From positions 38,499-102,498 of the forward strand of contig CAKKQB010000028.1 of assembly GCA_919901915.1 (NCBI GenBank): a DNA stretch of 64,000 nucleotides. Reading direction: 5' to 3'. Source of the DNA: Omnitrophica bacterium GWA2_41_15. GTDB lineage: Bacteria > Omnitrophota > Gorgyraeia > Gygaellales > Profunditerraquicolaceae. Below, piece by piece: positions 40,011-50,084 of the stretch. Made by a program: the position numbers and the translations under genes. Position 1 is the first letter of the stretch. Every line of letters begins with the position of its first letter. The notes beneath the pieces were generated by a model. The model worked only from the letters and a program-made list of their open reading frames with translations, was not told the origin of the DNA and did no database searches.

Positions 40011-40211
40011 GTCATTCCGGTGAAAACCGGAATCCAGTCACATAAAAATCACTGGACCCCGACTTTCGTCGGGGTGACGCACCTTGCCTTCGTCATTCCA
40101 GCCCCGATTTTCATCGGGGCAGGCTACATCCGGAATCCAGGTTAATAATATTTCCTGGATTCCGGATTAAAACATTCCGGAATGACGGTTTTTCTTAATT
40201 GTGACACAGTC
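40011..40211. repeat. Four dRS3-like palindromes in two inverted pairs, ending in a TGACACAGTC end motif
   Basis: GTCATTCCGGTGAAAACCGGAATCCAG; CTGGACCCCGACTTTCGTCGGGGTGAC; GTCATTCCAG..CGGAATCCAG; CTGGATTCCGG..CCGGAATGAC. Confidence 0.85.
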
Positions 40212-42344
40212 TTATTTACCGGCGACTGCCGTTTCTATTGCGCAGTTTGGACGGGTTAAGATCGCGTCAGCGGCTTCTATTACATCCTCTATGCTGACAG
40301 CTTTAAGACAGGCAAATTCTTTTTTGCAGTTATGCGCCAGACATTCAATACATCCTGCTTCTTTATGATGTAAAATTTTGTCTCTTTCACCCAACGGTCC
40401 CCAGCGTTTAGGGCTTAGGCCTTTTTGATTCCTGCCAAATATGGTAATTACAGGCGTCCCCACTGCCACAGCAATATGCATGGGGCCAGAGTCAGTGGAA
40501 ATAAACAACTTACACCTCTTTAAAATACTGGCTAACTGGCTTATTGACGCTCTTCCTGTCAGGTTAATTACAGGAATACGCGAATGTTTCACTAAATTTA
40601 ACGCCAATAAAGAGTCTTGCGCTCCGCCAACCACAATCACCTTAAAACCATATTTTTCAACCACCCTCTCGCCAACCCGGGCAAAACGCTCCTGCGGCCA
40701 AATCCTAGACGGACAACTTGCGCCCGGATGAATTGCCAATATTTTATCAGAGCTCTTAATCCCTTCCTTGCTAAATAATGTCTCTACCCAATCTTCAGAA
40801 TCCTGCCTAATGGGAACAAATAATTTTTTATCTTTTGGCTCAATCCCCAAAGCCCTTACCAAATCAAGGCTGTATTCTACCTCATGTTTTTCTCCTAATT
40901 GTTTAGTATGTTTTATTCTTTTTGTAAGCAAAAAACCTAATTTATAGTCATACCCAATTCTTCTGGGTATGCGAGCAAAAAATATTACAAGATGCGCGCG
41001 GCTTGTAGGATGCAAAATCAGGCTTACATCAAATCTTTTTTTCTTTAATTGGCTGGAAAATTTTAATGACCCATACCAGCTTTTATGCAAAGCGCTCTTA
41101 TCATATATTATTACGTCATCTAAATAAGGATTGACCTCCACTATTTCCTTTGTATAAGGCGAAACCATCATCGCTATATAGGCATTAGGATATTCATCTC
41201 TTAATGCCTTTATTACCGGCGTGGATAAAACCACATCGCCGATTCTATCGGTCCTTACGATAAGAATCCGCTTGAAATTATTTTTTGAGCGGATAGTGTT
41301 TGGCGGATAGCGGAACCCCAAAATATTTCTTACATCTCTTATTACATCTTCAACCTTAATCAAATTCATACACTCTACAGTATCAAACCTGCACTGTGCC
41401 GCTTGACACGGCCGGCAAAAAATATCCTTTTTAACTACCGCGCGAACCTCTGACCAAGGGCCATATTTCTCCTCATTAGTAGGCCCAAATATTGCTGCTA
41501 CAGGGACATTTAAATAACTAGCCAAATGCGAAACCGCGCTATCATTGCTTACCAATATTTTTGCTTTTTTTAATAACGCGGCCAATTGCAAAAAAGTTAT
41601 TTTTCCGGCTAAATCTATTATAGATTCTTCGCCCTTCGAACCCGTAAAAAGGTAACTGTCACGCCCTTTGCGACTGTCACCTTTTTGTTCACCTTTTTTT
41701 AGATACTCCGTTATAACTGCGTCATCCTTATCTCCCACCAAAATTATCTTGGCAGAAAATTCTTGTATTAAAAATGGAATTAATTCCGCGAACTTGTCCT
41801 TGTCCCACATCTTCAGATGACTGCGCGCTCCCGGGGCAATAACGATTATTTTATCCCCGGCGGCTAAACCATTCTCTTCCAATATTTTTTTAATACATTC
41901 TTCGTCTTGGCGGCTAATATATAAAGACTTTTTATCCGCGGCTTCTCGCGGACTTTCACGAACTCCCATAGCGCTAAGCGCCCCGCGCAAGCGCCTTTCC
42001 TTCATATGTTTTATTTTCCCGGAAATAAACAGAAACGGCGAAATTTTAATCTTCGCGGGTAAAAACGCGCCATACAAACTATTACGCAAATCAAAAACCG
42101 CGTCAAACTTTTCCTTCTTAAGTTGATTGAATAATTTTATCTTATCCCTTAACTTTGAATGTTTATTATAAATAATGAGTTTATCTATGGAAGGGTTATT
42201 TTCGAATATCTCCTTTGGGCGAGGAGCAGTCATAACCGTAATTTTAGCCGCAGGAAACTTCTCTTGCAATATATCCAAAACCGGCAAAGTCAGGACCACA
42301 TCGCCGAGATTACTTAGAGTAATAAAGAGAATCTTGTTTATCAT
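40212..42344 (-). CDS. Tandem double GT9 (heptosyltransferase-like) protein
   Basis: Two copies of (L/I)GDVVL..P ... (ND/TD)S..H.A ... PV..IFG. Confidence 0.9.
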   Translation of the reverse strand: MINKILFITLSNLGDVVLTLPVLDILQEKFPAAKITVMTAPRPKEIFENNPSIDKLIIYNKHSKLRDKIKLFNQLKKEKFDAVFDLRNSLYGAFLPAKIKISPFLFISGKIKHMKERRLRGALSAMGVRESPREAADKKSLYISRQDEECIKKILEENGLAAGDKIIVIAPGARSHLKMWDKDKFAELIPFLIQEFSAKIILVGDKDDAVITEYLKKGEQKGDSRKGRDSYLFTGSKGEESIIDLAGKITFLQLAALLKKAKILVSNDSAVSHLASYLNVPVAAIFGPTNEEKYGPWSEVRAVVKKDIFCRPCQAAQCRFDTVECMNLIKVEDVIRDVRNILGFRYPPNTIRSKNNFKRILIVRTDRIGDVVLSTPVIKALRDEYPNAYIAMMVSPYTKEIVEVNPYLDDVIIYDKSALHKSWYGSLKFSSQLKKKRFDVSLILHPTSRAHLVIFFARIPRRIGYDYKLGFLLTKRIKHTKQLGEKHEVEYSLDLVRALGIEPKDKKLFVPIRQDSEDWVETLFSKEGIKSSDKILAIHPGASCPSRIWPQERFARVGERVVEKYGFKVIVVGGAQDSLLALNLVKHSRIPVINLTGRASISQLASILKRCKLFISTDSGPMHIAVAVGTPVITIFGRNQKGLSPKRWGPLGERDKILHHKEAGCIECLAHNCKKEFACLKAVSIEDVIEAADAILTRPNCAIETAVAGK

Positions 42345-42349
42345 TTGAT

Positions 42350-42430
42350 GGAATAATGATTAATAATGGTTAGCAAGGGTTAATTTTGTTAACCTCTATT
42401 AACTTTTTATTAACTGCTATTAACCCTATA
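42350..42430. repeat. Two-armed inverted ~10-mer array
   Basis: TAATAATGGT TAGCAAGGGT TAA / TTAACCTCTA TTAACTTTTTA TTAACTGCTA TTAACCCTA. Confidence 0.7.
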
Positions 42431-42462
42431 TAATTCTTATTTCACATTCGCGGTAATCCAAT

Positions 42463-43482
42463 TTAAATAATAGCTTCTATCTCCTTAACAACATCCTCAA
42501 CCGTGATTTCCTTCATACAACGATTATCTTCACAATCTAGCCTGTAGCAAGGAATCGAACAACCTACATCCTTTCGCAAAATAACCGTATTTTTCATAGG
42601 ATAAGGCCCGGTTATTTCCGGCGACGTGGGGCCAAAAATGGCTATAATCTTTTTTGCGCCTGAGGCGTTCGCGATATGCAAAGGCCCAGTATCGGCGGTA
42701 ATAAATAAATCAAGCATAGAGCACAAAGCAGCCATTTGTTTTATATTTAAAATGCCGCAGGCAATTACAGGCTTTTCCTTCATCGCTTCTTTTATTTCTT
42801 TAACTAATGTTAAATCGCCTGTTCCTCCAGTTATAACAACCTTAGCCTTAAAATCCGCGATTAACCTGTCTGCTAAAAGCGCCCAATATTCTTTCGGCCA
42901 ACGCTTAAGCATCCAATTTCCGCCCGGATTCAAAACCACAAGGACATCGTTTTCCGCAATCGAATTTTTATTTAAAAAATCATTCGTAAAGGTCCTGTCT
43001 TCTTCACTGAAAAAAAACTCTAAAAACCTGTCTTCTACTTTAAGCCCTGCTTTTTCAATTATATTAAGGTAGTAGTCTATGCGATGGATGCTGTCTTTTT
43101 TAGGCCTCGGTATGTTCTTTGTTAAAAGGAATGCTCTTTTCTTTGTCTGGTAACCTATTCTCTCTTTTATGCCTGCCAGCCTGCAGATAAGCGCGCGGCT
43201 AAATGAACGGTGCAAAAGAAATACCACGTCAAAATTCTTATCTTTAAGAAACCTTACAAAACTCAATTTCTGAAAAAATCCTTTATGGAAACCTTTCTCA
43301 TCAAAAATAATGAGCTCATCCAAATGCGGATTTCCTTTTAAAACCTGATAACAATGTTTGGGTATTATACAGGCAATAAAACTATTTCCGTAATTTCTCC
43401 GGATATTACTGATAACAGCGGTAGAAAATAACACATCGCCTAACCAGTTAACGTTAAATATAAGTATGCGTTTAGGTTCCAT
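42463..43482 (-). CDS. LPS heptosyltransferase (GT9, WaaF-like)
   Basis: NWLGDV, LNPG...KRWP, ADTGPLH.A, AIFGPT. Confidence 0.9.
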   Translation of the reverse strand: MEPKRILIFNVNWLGDVLFSTAVISNIRRNYGNSFIACIIPKHCYQVLKGNPHLDELIIFDEKGFHKGFFQKLSFVRFLKDKNFDVVFLLHRSFSRALICRLAGIKERIGYQTKKRAFLLTKNIPRPKKDSIHRIDYYLNIIEKAGLKVEDRFLEFFFSEEDRTFTNDFLNKNSIAENDVLVVLNPGGNWMLKRWPKEYWALLADRLIADFKAKVVITGGTGDLTLVKEIKEAMKEKPVIACGILNIKQMAALCSMLDLFITADTGPLHIANASGAKKIIAIFGPTSPEITGPYPMKNTVILRKDVGCSIPCYRLDCEDNRCMKEITVEDVVKEIEAII

Positions 43483-43496
43483 ACAACGAAAATTTG

Positions 43497-44618
43497 TTAT
43501 TTCACAACAATCTCTAGATATACCTTTTCTGTTTCAAAAACCATTTTTTCCTGCGAAAAATTCTCTTTGATAAAAGTTTTGGCATTACCCGCTAAATACT
43601 CTCTCTTGGGCGCGGAATTCAATAATTCTAAAATCGCCGCGGCTAAAGCGCCTGAATCAGCAGATTTTACTAACAGGCCGCTATATCCATCTTTTATTAA
43701 ACTTCGTATGCCTCCGACATTTGAACCAATACAAGCCTTGGCTTGCGCCATTGCCTCCATTAAGGCTAGACCCAAGCCCTCTTTCAAAGAAGGCATCACA
43801 AAAATATCCATAACTGACAACACTTCTCTCGTATCGCTAACCCCGGGCAAAAAATATGTATTTTTTTCAATTCCCAAAACTTTAACTAAATTTACCAACT
43901 CTTCTTTCATCTTGCCTTTACCAACAATAAATAACTGCGCTTGGCTAACAGCGCCTAAAACAATTTTCATTGCCCGAATAAGATAAATATGGCCTTTTAC
44001 ATCACTTAGCCTTGCCACAATACCAATCACCGGCCCATCACTTAGGCCAAAACCCTTCTTTCTCTGTTCTCTGTTCTCCCTGTCCCGAGCGAAGTCGAGG
44101 GATGTTCTCTGTTCTCCGAATTTATTAACATCTATCCCATTATGTATAACAACTATATTTTTCTTATCCACCTTAAAATCTTTAATCAAATGTTCTTCTA
44201 CTTGTTCGCTTATAGCAATTGTCTTTTGCCCCCAACAGGGAAAAAGCCAACGCGAAAATCTTGTCATAAAAAATCCATGGCCAGTCGAAATATAAGGAAT
44301 ACCCGTTTTCCTGCTTAACCAGCATCCTAAAACCTGCGTTGTGCGGCTATTCGCATGCATGATACTTATCTGATTCTGCTTTAAGAATCGCTTTAATCTA
44401 AAATAACTCAATAACATTTTGGGACTCGCCTCTGACTTTGTCCTAATGGGAATGTGGATATAATTTATCCCCTCTTCAATAAATCTTCCAAGAAGATCCC
44501 CCCCGCTTGAGGCGACATAAACATTGTGGCCGCGTTTTTTAAGGCCTGTAGCCAGAGACAAAACATAACTGGTTATCCCGCCGATATTGAGATGATTGGT
44601 GATAAATAGGATGTTCAT
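43497..44618 (-). CDS. GT4 glycosyltransferase
   Basis: GG...V..LA, HNGID, ARL...KG, DIFV.PS..EGLG..LMEAMA. Confidence 0.92.
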   Translation of the reverse strand: MNILFITNHLNIGGITSYVLSLATGLKKRGHNVYVASSGGDLLGRFIEEGINYIHIPIRTKSEASPKMLLSYFRLKRFLKQNQISIMHANSRTTQVLGCWLSRKTGIPYISTGHGFFMTRFSRWLFPCWGQKTIAISEQVEEHLIKDFKVDKKNIVVIHNGIDVNKFGEQRTSLDFARDRENREQRKKGFGLSDGPVIGIVARLSDVKGHIYLIRAMKIVLGAVSQAQLFIVGKGKMKEELVNLVKVLGIEKNTYFLPGVSDTREVLSVMDIFVMPSLKEGLGLALMEAMAQAKACIGSNVGGIRSLIKDGYSGLLVKSADSGALAAAILELLNSAPKREYLAGNAKTFIKENFSQEKMVFETEKVYLEIVVK

Positions 44619-44621
44619 TTT

Positions 44622-46727
44622 TTACTTCAATAATTTCTCTACCGCCTCTATTACCTCCTGCGGCGTAATCAGCTCCATACATTTGCGGCTTTTACACTTT
44701 GATTTATAGCATGGGCCGCAGACTAAATCTTTTTTTATCACCACACATCCTTTCACAGGCGCAAGATGCCGCCGAGGGTCAGTAGGGCCAAAAAGCGCGA
44801 CGAAAGGGGTGTTTACCGCTGTAGCGATATGCAAGGGACTAGAATCGCCAGACACAAACACACTACATCTTTTAATCAGGCATGCCAACTGATTAATTGT
44901 GGTTTTACCGCATGTATTGATAAGCTTTGTATTCTTGACTGAATTTAACAATGCTTGCGCTACAGCGCTATCTTTCTCTGTTCCGGTAAGCACAACCCGC
45001 ATATCCTTAGAGCCTAATTCCTCGCAAAATTTAACCATATATTTAAAAGGCCAATTTTTAGTTTGCCACCTGACGCTCGCGCTTATGTTTAACCCAACTA
45101 TTTTCGCTTTAGCGCTTAACCACTGGCTGTTTAATAATTCATCTATATACTGGCCATCTTCAACCGAAGGCCAAAGCTCTAAACGCGGGTCATTCAAATC
45201 TATACCCAACATCTTCAATATTCTAAATTGATGCGAAACCGGATCAATAGAAGGCCTGCCATCCTCAATCCGATGATTAAGCAAATTGCCAAATTTTTTA
45301 TTGTCATATCCATACCGATCCAACGCTAAGCTCAATCCGGCTAACATATGAGATTTACGGTTATTCTGCAAATCAATAACAATATCAAAATTCTTTTTTC
45401 TTAAAACTTCTGCCAACCGCCAATACCCTCCCGGCCCCTTATCTTTACCTTTAAAATCAACAACCAATAATTCATCTATATAAGGAGACGCCAAAAGCGC
45501 GTCCTTTGAATCATTTGAAACTAATAAACTAATTTTATAGTCTTTTTTTCCGCCTTTAGCGAAAAACTTTTCCTTAATCGCCTTTAACGCGGCAGTAGAA
45601 AGTATGATATCGCCTAAAGAACTAAATTTAATAATCAGAATCTTAAAATTACTTAAAGCATCCTCATAGACACCAAGGGTATTTTTTACCATAAGCTCAA
45701 CATTATACTTGTCCTTTACTTTTTTATATGCTTTTTCCGCCAGATTACGCGCGAAAAGCGCATCCTTAAAAATTCTTATCGCTGCCTCAGCGATCCTTGC
45801 CGGATCAGACGGCGGAACAATCAAGCCCGTTTCTTCATTTTCAATAATATCAACTACTCCTCCCACCCGCGTGGCAACCACAGGCACGCCTGAAGCCTGC
45901 GCCTCTATAATCACCCTGCCAAACGCTTCATGAGTAGTAGTAGCAAGTACAAGGAGATCCAAATGCGATAAAATCCCCGGTATATCCCGCTGTGTGCCTA
46001 AAAAATTAGTGCGCGACGTTTGCCCCAGCCTCTTAACCAAGCCTCTAATTTCTTCCTTATAGGCCTCCTTAGATGCAGGCGCGTCACCAACTATCCAAAC
46101 CTTTAAATTTGGCACAACCTCTCCTACTTTAGCCATGGCCTTAATAAAATCCAAATGTCCCTTAAGAGGCGTAATCCTGCCGATAATCCCCACGTTAAAA
46201 TCATCTTTTCTTTTTTCTTTTGGATCAATATATCTAAATTTCTCAAGATCAACACTACGCGGAACCAGCCTTATACGTTCGCGCATAACGCCAAAATCAT
46301 CAATCATATGCCGGGCAATAACATTGCTTAAAACAATCACGCGCTTTCCCCACCCCATCACTGAACTTAAAGGATGTTTTTTATAGTAACCGTGACAGGT
46401 AGTGATAAAAATTGTTTTCGCGCGCCGGCAGGCAAAATAGGCAATCCACGCCGGAACGCGTGAACGCGCGTGCACAATATCAATCTCTTCTTTTTTAATA
46501 ATTTCCACTAAGCGCGGGATTAATTTTATTATAGAAATAATGGATTTCTCATGCACCGGCAGTTTATAATGCACCGCGCCATTTGACTCGAGCTCTTTAA
46601 CTAATTCTCCGCCGCCAGACACGACAACCGCTTTATGCCCAAGTCTGATTAGATACTTGGCCAGGTCAAGGGTCCCGGTCTCTACTCCGCCGACATTAAG
46701 TTCAGGTAAAATTTGCAAAATATTCAT
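44622..46727 (-). CDS. GT4-GT9 fusion glycosyltransferase
   Basis: N-half GGVE.GT, HARSR.PAW, EAFGR..IEAQA; C-half SSLGDIIL, GDS.P.H.A, ALFGPTDP. Confidence 0.9.
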   Translation of the reverse strand: MNILQILPELNVGGVETGTLDLAKYLIRLGHKAVVVSGGGELVKELESNGAVHYKLPVHEKSIISIIKLIPRLVEIIKKEEIDIVHARSRVPAWIAYFACRRAKTIFITTCHGYYKKHPLSSVMGWGKRVIVLSNVIARHMIDDFGVMRERIRLVPRSVDLEKFRYIDPKEKRKDDFNVGIIGRITPLKGHLDFIKAMAKVGEVVPNLKVWIVGDAPASKEAYKEEIRGLVKRLGQTSRTNFLGTQRDIPGILSHLDLLVLATTTHEAFGRVIIEAQASGVPVVATRVGGVVDIIENEETGLIVPPSDPARIAEAAIRIFKDALFARNLAEKAYKKVKDKYNVELMVKNTLGVYEDALSNFKILIIKFSSLGDIILSTAALKAIKEKFFAKGGKKDYKISLLVSNDSKDALLASPYIDELLVVDFKGKDKGPGGYWRLAEVLRKKNFDIVIDLQNNRKSHMLAGLSLALDRYGYDNKKFGNLLNHRIEDGRPSIDPVSHQFRILKMLGIDLNDPRLELWPSVEDGQYIDELLNSQWLSAKAKIVGLNISASVRWQTKNWPFKYMVKFCEELGSKDMRVVLTGTEKDSAVAQALLNSVKNTKLINTCGKTTINQLACLIKRCSVFVSGDSSPLHIATAVNTPFVALFGPTDPRRHLAPVKGCVVIKKDLVCGPCYKSKCKSRKCMELITPQEVIEAVEKLLK

Positions 46728-46798
46728 AATACAAAACCTCTTAATTTGTAATTTCTATTATAATTGGTTAACGCTGAAAAACCCTCATTATAAGCTAA

Positions 46799-48748
46799 TT
46801 ACATTATCCTCTTTACCGCTTCAACTACCAAAAGATTATCCTTAGGCGTATAAATCGAAGGATTCGTTCGCCAGATATGATCAATTTTTTTACCTAATTC
46901 CAAAATATCAACTAAATAAATATATTTGTTTCTGGCAAAATAATCAAGGAATCTTTTATGCTTCCCGTCTAATCCGGACGACTTAAAAACAAACGTATAT
47001 TTATTACTGCTTACTGCCTCTGAAACCATGGACAAACTGTCAGGAGAAGTTACAATAATTTTACTCAAACCAAGTATCCCTCCCACAGCCTCCGGAACAT
47101 TCTTTTCATTAGCTACAATTAGCATTTTACAACGTGGATAATCTCTGAACTCCTCTTTAACCAAAGCCTCTACTTCTTTTGAACTACGCCTTGAAGTTGT
47201 AATCAGAATACCTGCGTTCAAACTTTCAGATACTGCTTTTACCTGCTTAATCACCCCTAAAACCGTGTCTTTGTTAAGAGTGAAATTTTTCGTATCTCCC
47301 CCGATTAATAAACCAATGTAAAATCCAGTATTGCGTATTGCGTATTGCGTATTGCGTATTAACTTATCCGTCTCTTCTTTTAAATAAACCTCATCTATTA
47401 AATTCAGCGCTCCCTCGGTCACTACGACATTTTTTCTCTTCGGCGGGCAATCGTGTTTAGGCATTATTACCAGATCAAATCTTTTCATGCTTAATACAGA
47501 CGGCCGCATAACTACTATTGACTTAGCCATGTTTTCTCTGGCTAATATAAAATTAATCGGAGCCGCGCTTGCGCCGCAAGAAATTATTATATCGGGCTTC
47601 GCGCTTATTAAGCCATCATAAACATCACTTTTAAGAAAACTCTTCAAGCACCCTGAACAGCCCTGGCAATTATATTTACCTGCCAAAAAACTACTAAAAA
47701 TAAGCGCGTATTTAGAAAAATTGTTTTTAAATCTTATTTCTTTACTTTCAATTTTCGCCTCAATTCCCCTCTCCTTTAAAACATCACTAACGAGCCTCGC
47801 TACGCCTTGCGCCTGCCGGACATGCCCGGCTTTCGCGTCATTTAAAAGCAAAATACTTTTCTCTTTCGTATACTTCCATATTTTATAAGTCCAAAAAAGT
47901 TCTTTAGGGTATTTAAAAATATATTTTTCATAAACCCCAACCAGCCTTTGTAGATTGCTCTGAATATCTTTATCCGAATCGGCGCTCTTTTTGATTTCAA
48001 ATGCCGGCTCAATAAAAACCTTTGTAAACGGCCCTTTTACCCGCGTATAAAAAACCGGAATAATCGCGGCATCATACCTTAGCCCCAACTTCAACGCGCC
48101 GGTTGCCATAGAAGCGTATTGGCCGAAAAACTTAACCAAAACGCCGTTTTTACCGCCTTGGTCCATAGTCATACCAACCGCGCAATTATCTCCAAGCGCT
48201 TCAATTAATTGGCGTATACCGCCTTTTCTATAAATCACTTTAGAGCCTTTTAATCCACGGTATGAATTGAGCAGTTTATTCAGGCGGGGATATTTTTGCC
48301 CTTGCACGAATACAACATAAGGAAATCCAAGGTTAGCGCCGATAATATTAGAAAGCTCCCAACTGCCTTCGTGAACCACTAAAAGAATTACGCCTTTCCC
48401 TTTCTTAAAACCGGCAGAAATATTTTCCAATCCCTCGAAAGCCACATATTTATCTAAATATTTTTTATCCACCAAAGGGACAAGAAATACCTCTATCAAA
48501 TTCTGTCCAAATGCCCGATAAAATTCCTTGGTTATCCGGAATAATTCAGATGGCGGCTTCTCCTGTCCGAAGGCTGTTTTTATATTAGAATAGGCAACCG
48601 CCCTATGCCTAACATCAAAACAAAAAAGAAAATCACCCAGCCTTCTTCCCAGAAAAAAGCTAAAATTTTTAGGCAAGCATCTAATAAAAGAACCAACCGC
48701 CCTAAAAAGAATACAGCCCCAATAATCTATTATAGAATTCTTGTTCAT
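46799..48748 (-). CDS. Lipid A acyltransferase (LpxL-like) fused to an ELM1/GtrOC1-like GT domain
   Basis: N-half H.G.WE, DQ....V.FFG..A, YP...FW....W; C-half D.K.GH..Q, FDLV..P.HD, LIGG, TTSRR, DS.SM.SEA. Confidence 0.8.
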   Translation of the reverse strand: MNKNSIIDYWGCILFRAVGSFIRCLPKNFSFFLGRRLGDFLFCFDVRHRAVAYSNIKTAFGQEKPPSELFRITKEFYRAFGQNLIEVFLVPLVDKKYLDKYVAFEGLENISAGFKKGKGVILLVVHEGSWELSNIIGANLGFPYVVFVQGQKYPRLNKLLNSYRGLKGSKVIYRKGGIRQLIEALGDNCAVGMTMDQGGKNGVLVKFFGQYASMATGALKLGLRYDAAIIPVFYTRVKGPFTKVFIEPAFEIKKSADSDKDIQSNLQRLVGVYEKYIFKYPKELFWTYKIWKYTKEKSILLLNDAKAGHVRQAQGVARLVSDVLKERGIEAKIESKEIRFKNNFSKYALIFSSFLAGKYNCQGCSGCLKSFLKSDVYDGLISAKPDIIISCGASAAPINFILARENMAKSIVVMRPSVLSMKRFDLVIMPKHDCPPKRKNVVVTEGALNLIDEVYLKEETDKLIRNTQYAIRNTGFYIGLLIGGDTKNFTLNKDTVLGVIKQVKAVSESLNAGILITTSRRSSKEVEALVKEEFRDYPRCKMLIVANEKNVPEAVGGILGLSKIIVTSPDSLSMVSEAVSSNKYTFVFKSSGLDGKHKRFLDYFARNKYIYLVDILELGKKIDHIWRTNPSIYTPKDNLLVVEAVKRIM

Positions 48749-49796
48749 TTTTTATGATTGTTAATTCGATACGCAAGACTAAAATTCGTGAAGCGTGAGG
48801 CGTGAAGCGTGAAGCGTAAAGCCGCGCCGCGTCCTTTTCTGTGGTGATAATTGTGTCTATACCCTTATCAACAGAATCTTTGATAATTTTATCTATATCT
48901 GTCTTGATGTAATTATGGTGGTCGGGAAATTTAAAAGATAAGCCTATTTTAGCGCCGAGTGAAATAATCAAATTTTCAAAGGAATCGGGGTCTCCTATGC
49001 CGCAAAATATACTTACGCGCTTATCCTTAAGTATATCTGTCCCAAATAATTCAGCGCTTTTTTCAAGATTATATAATCCTATGGGTTTATGAACACTTTC
49101 CGCGATCAATGTTTTTGGATTAATCTTACTTAAAATATCTTTAAGCTCATCCAGTTTCACCCCAAAATCAACCTTGGTCAAAAAAAAGATATCCGCGCGC
49201 CTCAAGCAAGAAAGCGGCTCGCGCAAGATCCCCCTGGGTATCATATGGCGGTTACCAAAGGGATTAACAGCATCAATAGTTACAATCTCTAAATCTTTTT
49301 TAAGCCTCCACTGCTGAAAGCCATCATCCAACATAACCGTATCCACGCCATAATCTTTAAGCGCTCTTTTTGCCGCCCTAATTCTATCCGCATCCACAAT
49401 TACCGGAATATCGTTTAATTTTTTAGAAAGCATGTAGGGCTCATCGCCCATGGTTTCATAGCGGATAGCGGATAGCGCCTGCCTGCCGGCAAGGCAGGGA
49501 TAGCGGATAGATTTTCTTTTATAACCGCGGGTTAATATTGCGACTTTGCGGCCTTCCTGTTTTAAATACCTCGCGATAACTTCAACTAAAGAGGTTTTTC
49601 CTGTCCCGCCTACGGTAATATTACCCACGCTGATGACTTTAACATTCAGGCGATTCTGCCTAAGGAAACAAAAAAAGATTAAACCCCTGATTACTAATCC
49701 ATAAATAAGGGAGATAAGAAATAGGAAACCTTTTACAATAGCCGGGCCAATTCCCTTATATTTATCTGTAGCTAAATTATAAAGATACTTTTTCAT
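48702..49796 (-). CDS. lpxK: Tetraacyldisaccharide 4'-kinase carrying two repeat insertions
   Basis: VISVGNITVGGTGKT, LTRGY, GDEP, LDDGFQ, G.LREP, FPDHH, TTEKDA. Confidence 0.97.
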   Translation of the reverse strand: MKKYLYNLATDKYKGIGPAIVKGFLFLISLIYGLVIRGLIFFCFLRQNRLNVKVISVGNITVGGTGKTSLVEVIARYLKQEGRKVAILTRGYKRKSIRYPCLAGRQALSAIRYETMGDEPYMLSKKLNDIPVIVDADRIRAAKRALKDYGVDTVMLDDGFQQWRLKKDLEIVTIDAVNPFGNRHMIPRGILREPLSCLRRADIFFLTKVDFGVKLDELKDILSKINPKTLIAESVHKPIGLYNLEKSAELFGTDILKDKRVSIFCGIGDPDSFENLIISLGAKIGLSFKFPDHHNYIKTDIDKIIKDSVDKGIDTIITTEKDAARLYASRFTPHASRILVLRIELTIIKNEQEFYNRLLGLYSF

Positions 49797-49939
49797 ATAT
49801 TCTGTATCTTATCACACCGAGAGACTCCTGACAACATTTTATTGTAACCTAATCGTAGCCAAATTCAACCGCAAGATCGAATCAATTAATCTCCGATGAC
49901 AAATCAAAGCAAGCGCTTTCTTTTAGAGCTGATTTAGCC

Positions 49940-49968
49940 TTGTTTTTACCCAATTCATAGTGTATACT
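49940..49968 (+). promoter_or_regulatory. Putative sigma70 promoter for the plus-strand island gene
   Basis: TTGTTT-17bp-TATACT. Confidence 0.4.
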
Positions 49969-50018
49969 TTAAGTATAAATACGTATATCGTATCCATGAT
50001 TTTCACTACGCGGTAGAA

Positions 50019-50082
50019 CCTTCAGCAAAAGCTTTCAGCTTAAAGCTTAAAGCTTTTGCTGACAGCTGATAGCTGATAGCTA
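50019..50082. repeat. Two-armed heptamer array (AGCTGAT family) immediately before the ATG
   Basis: AGCTTTC AGCTTAA AGCTTAA AGCTTT / GCTGACA GCTGATA GCTGATA GCT. Confidence 0.8.
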
Positions 50083-50084
50083 AA

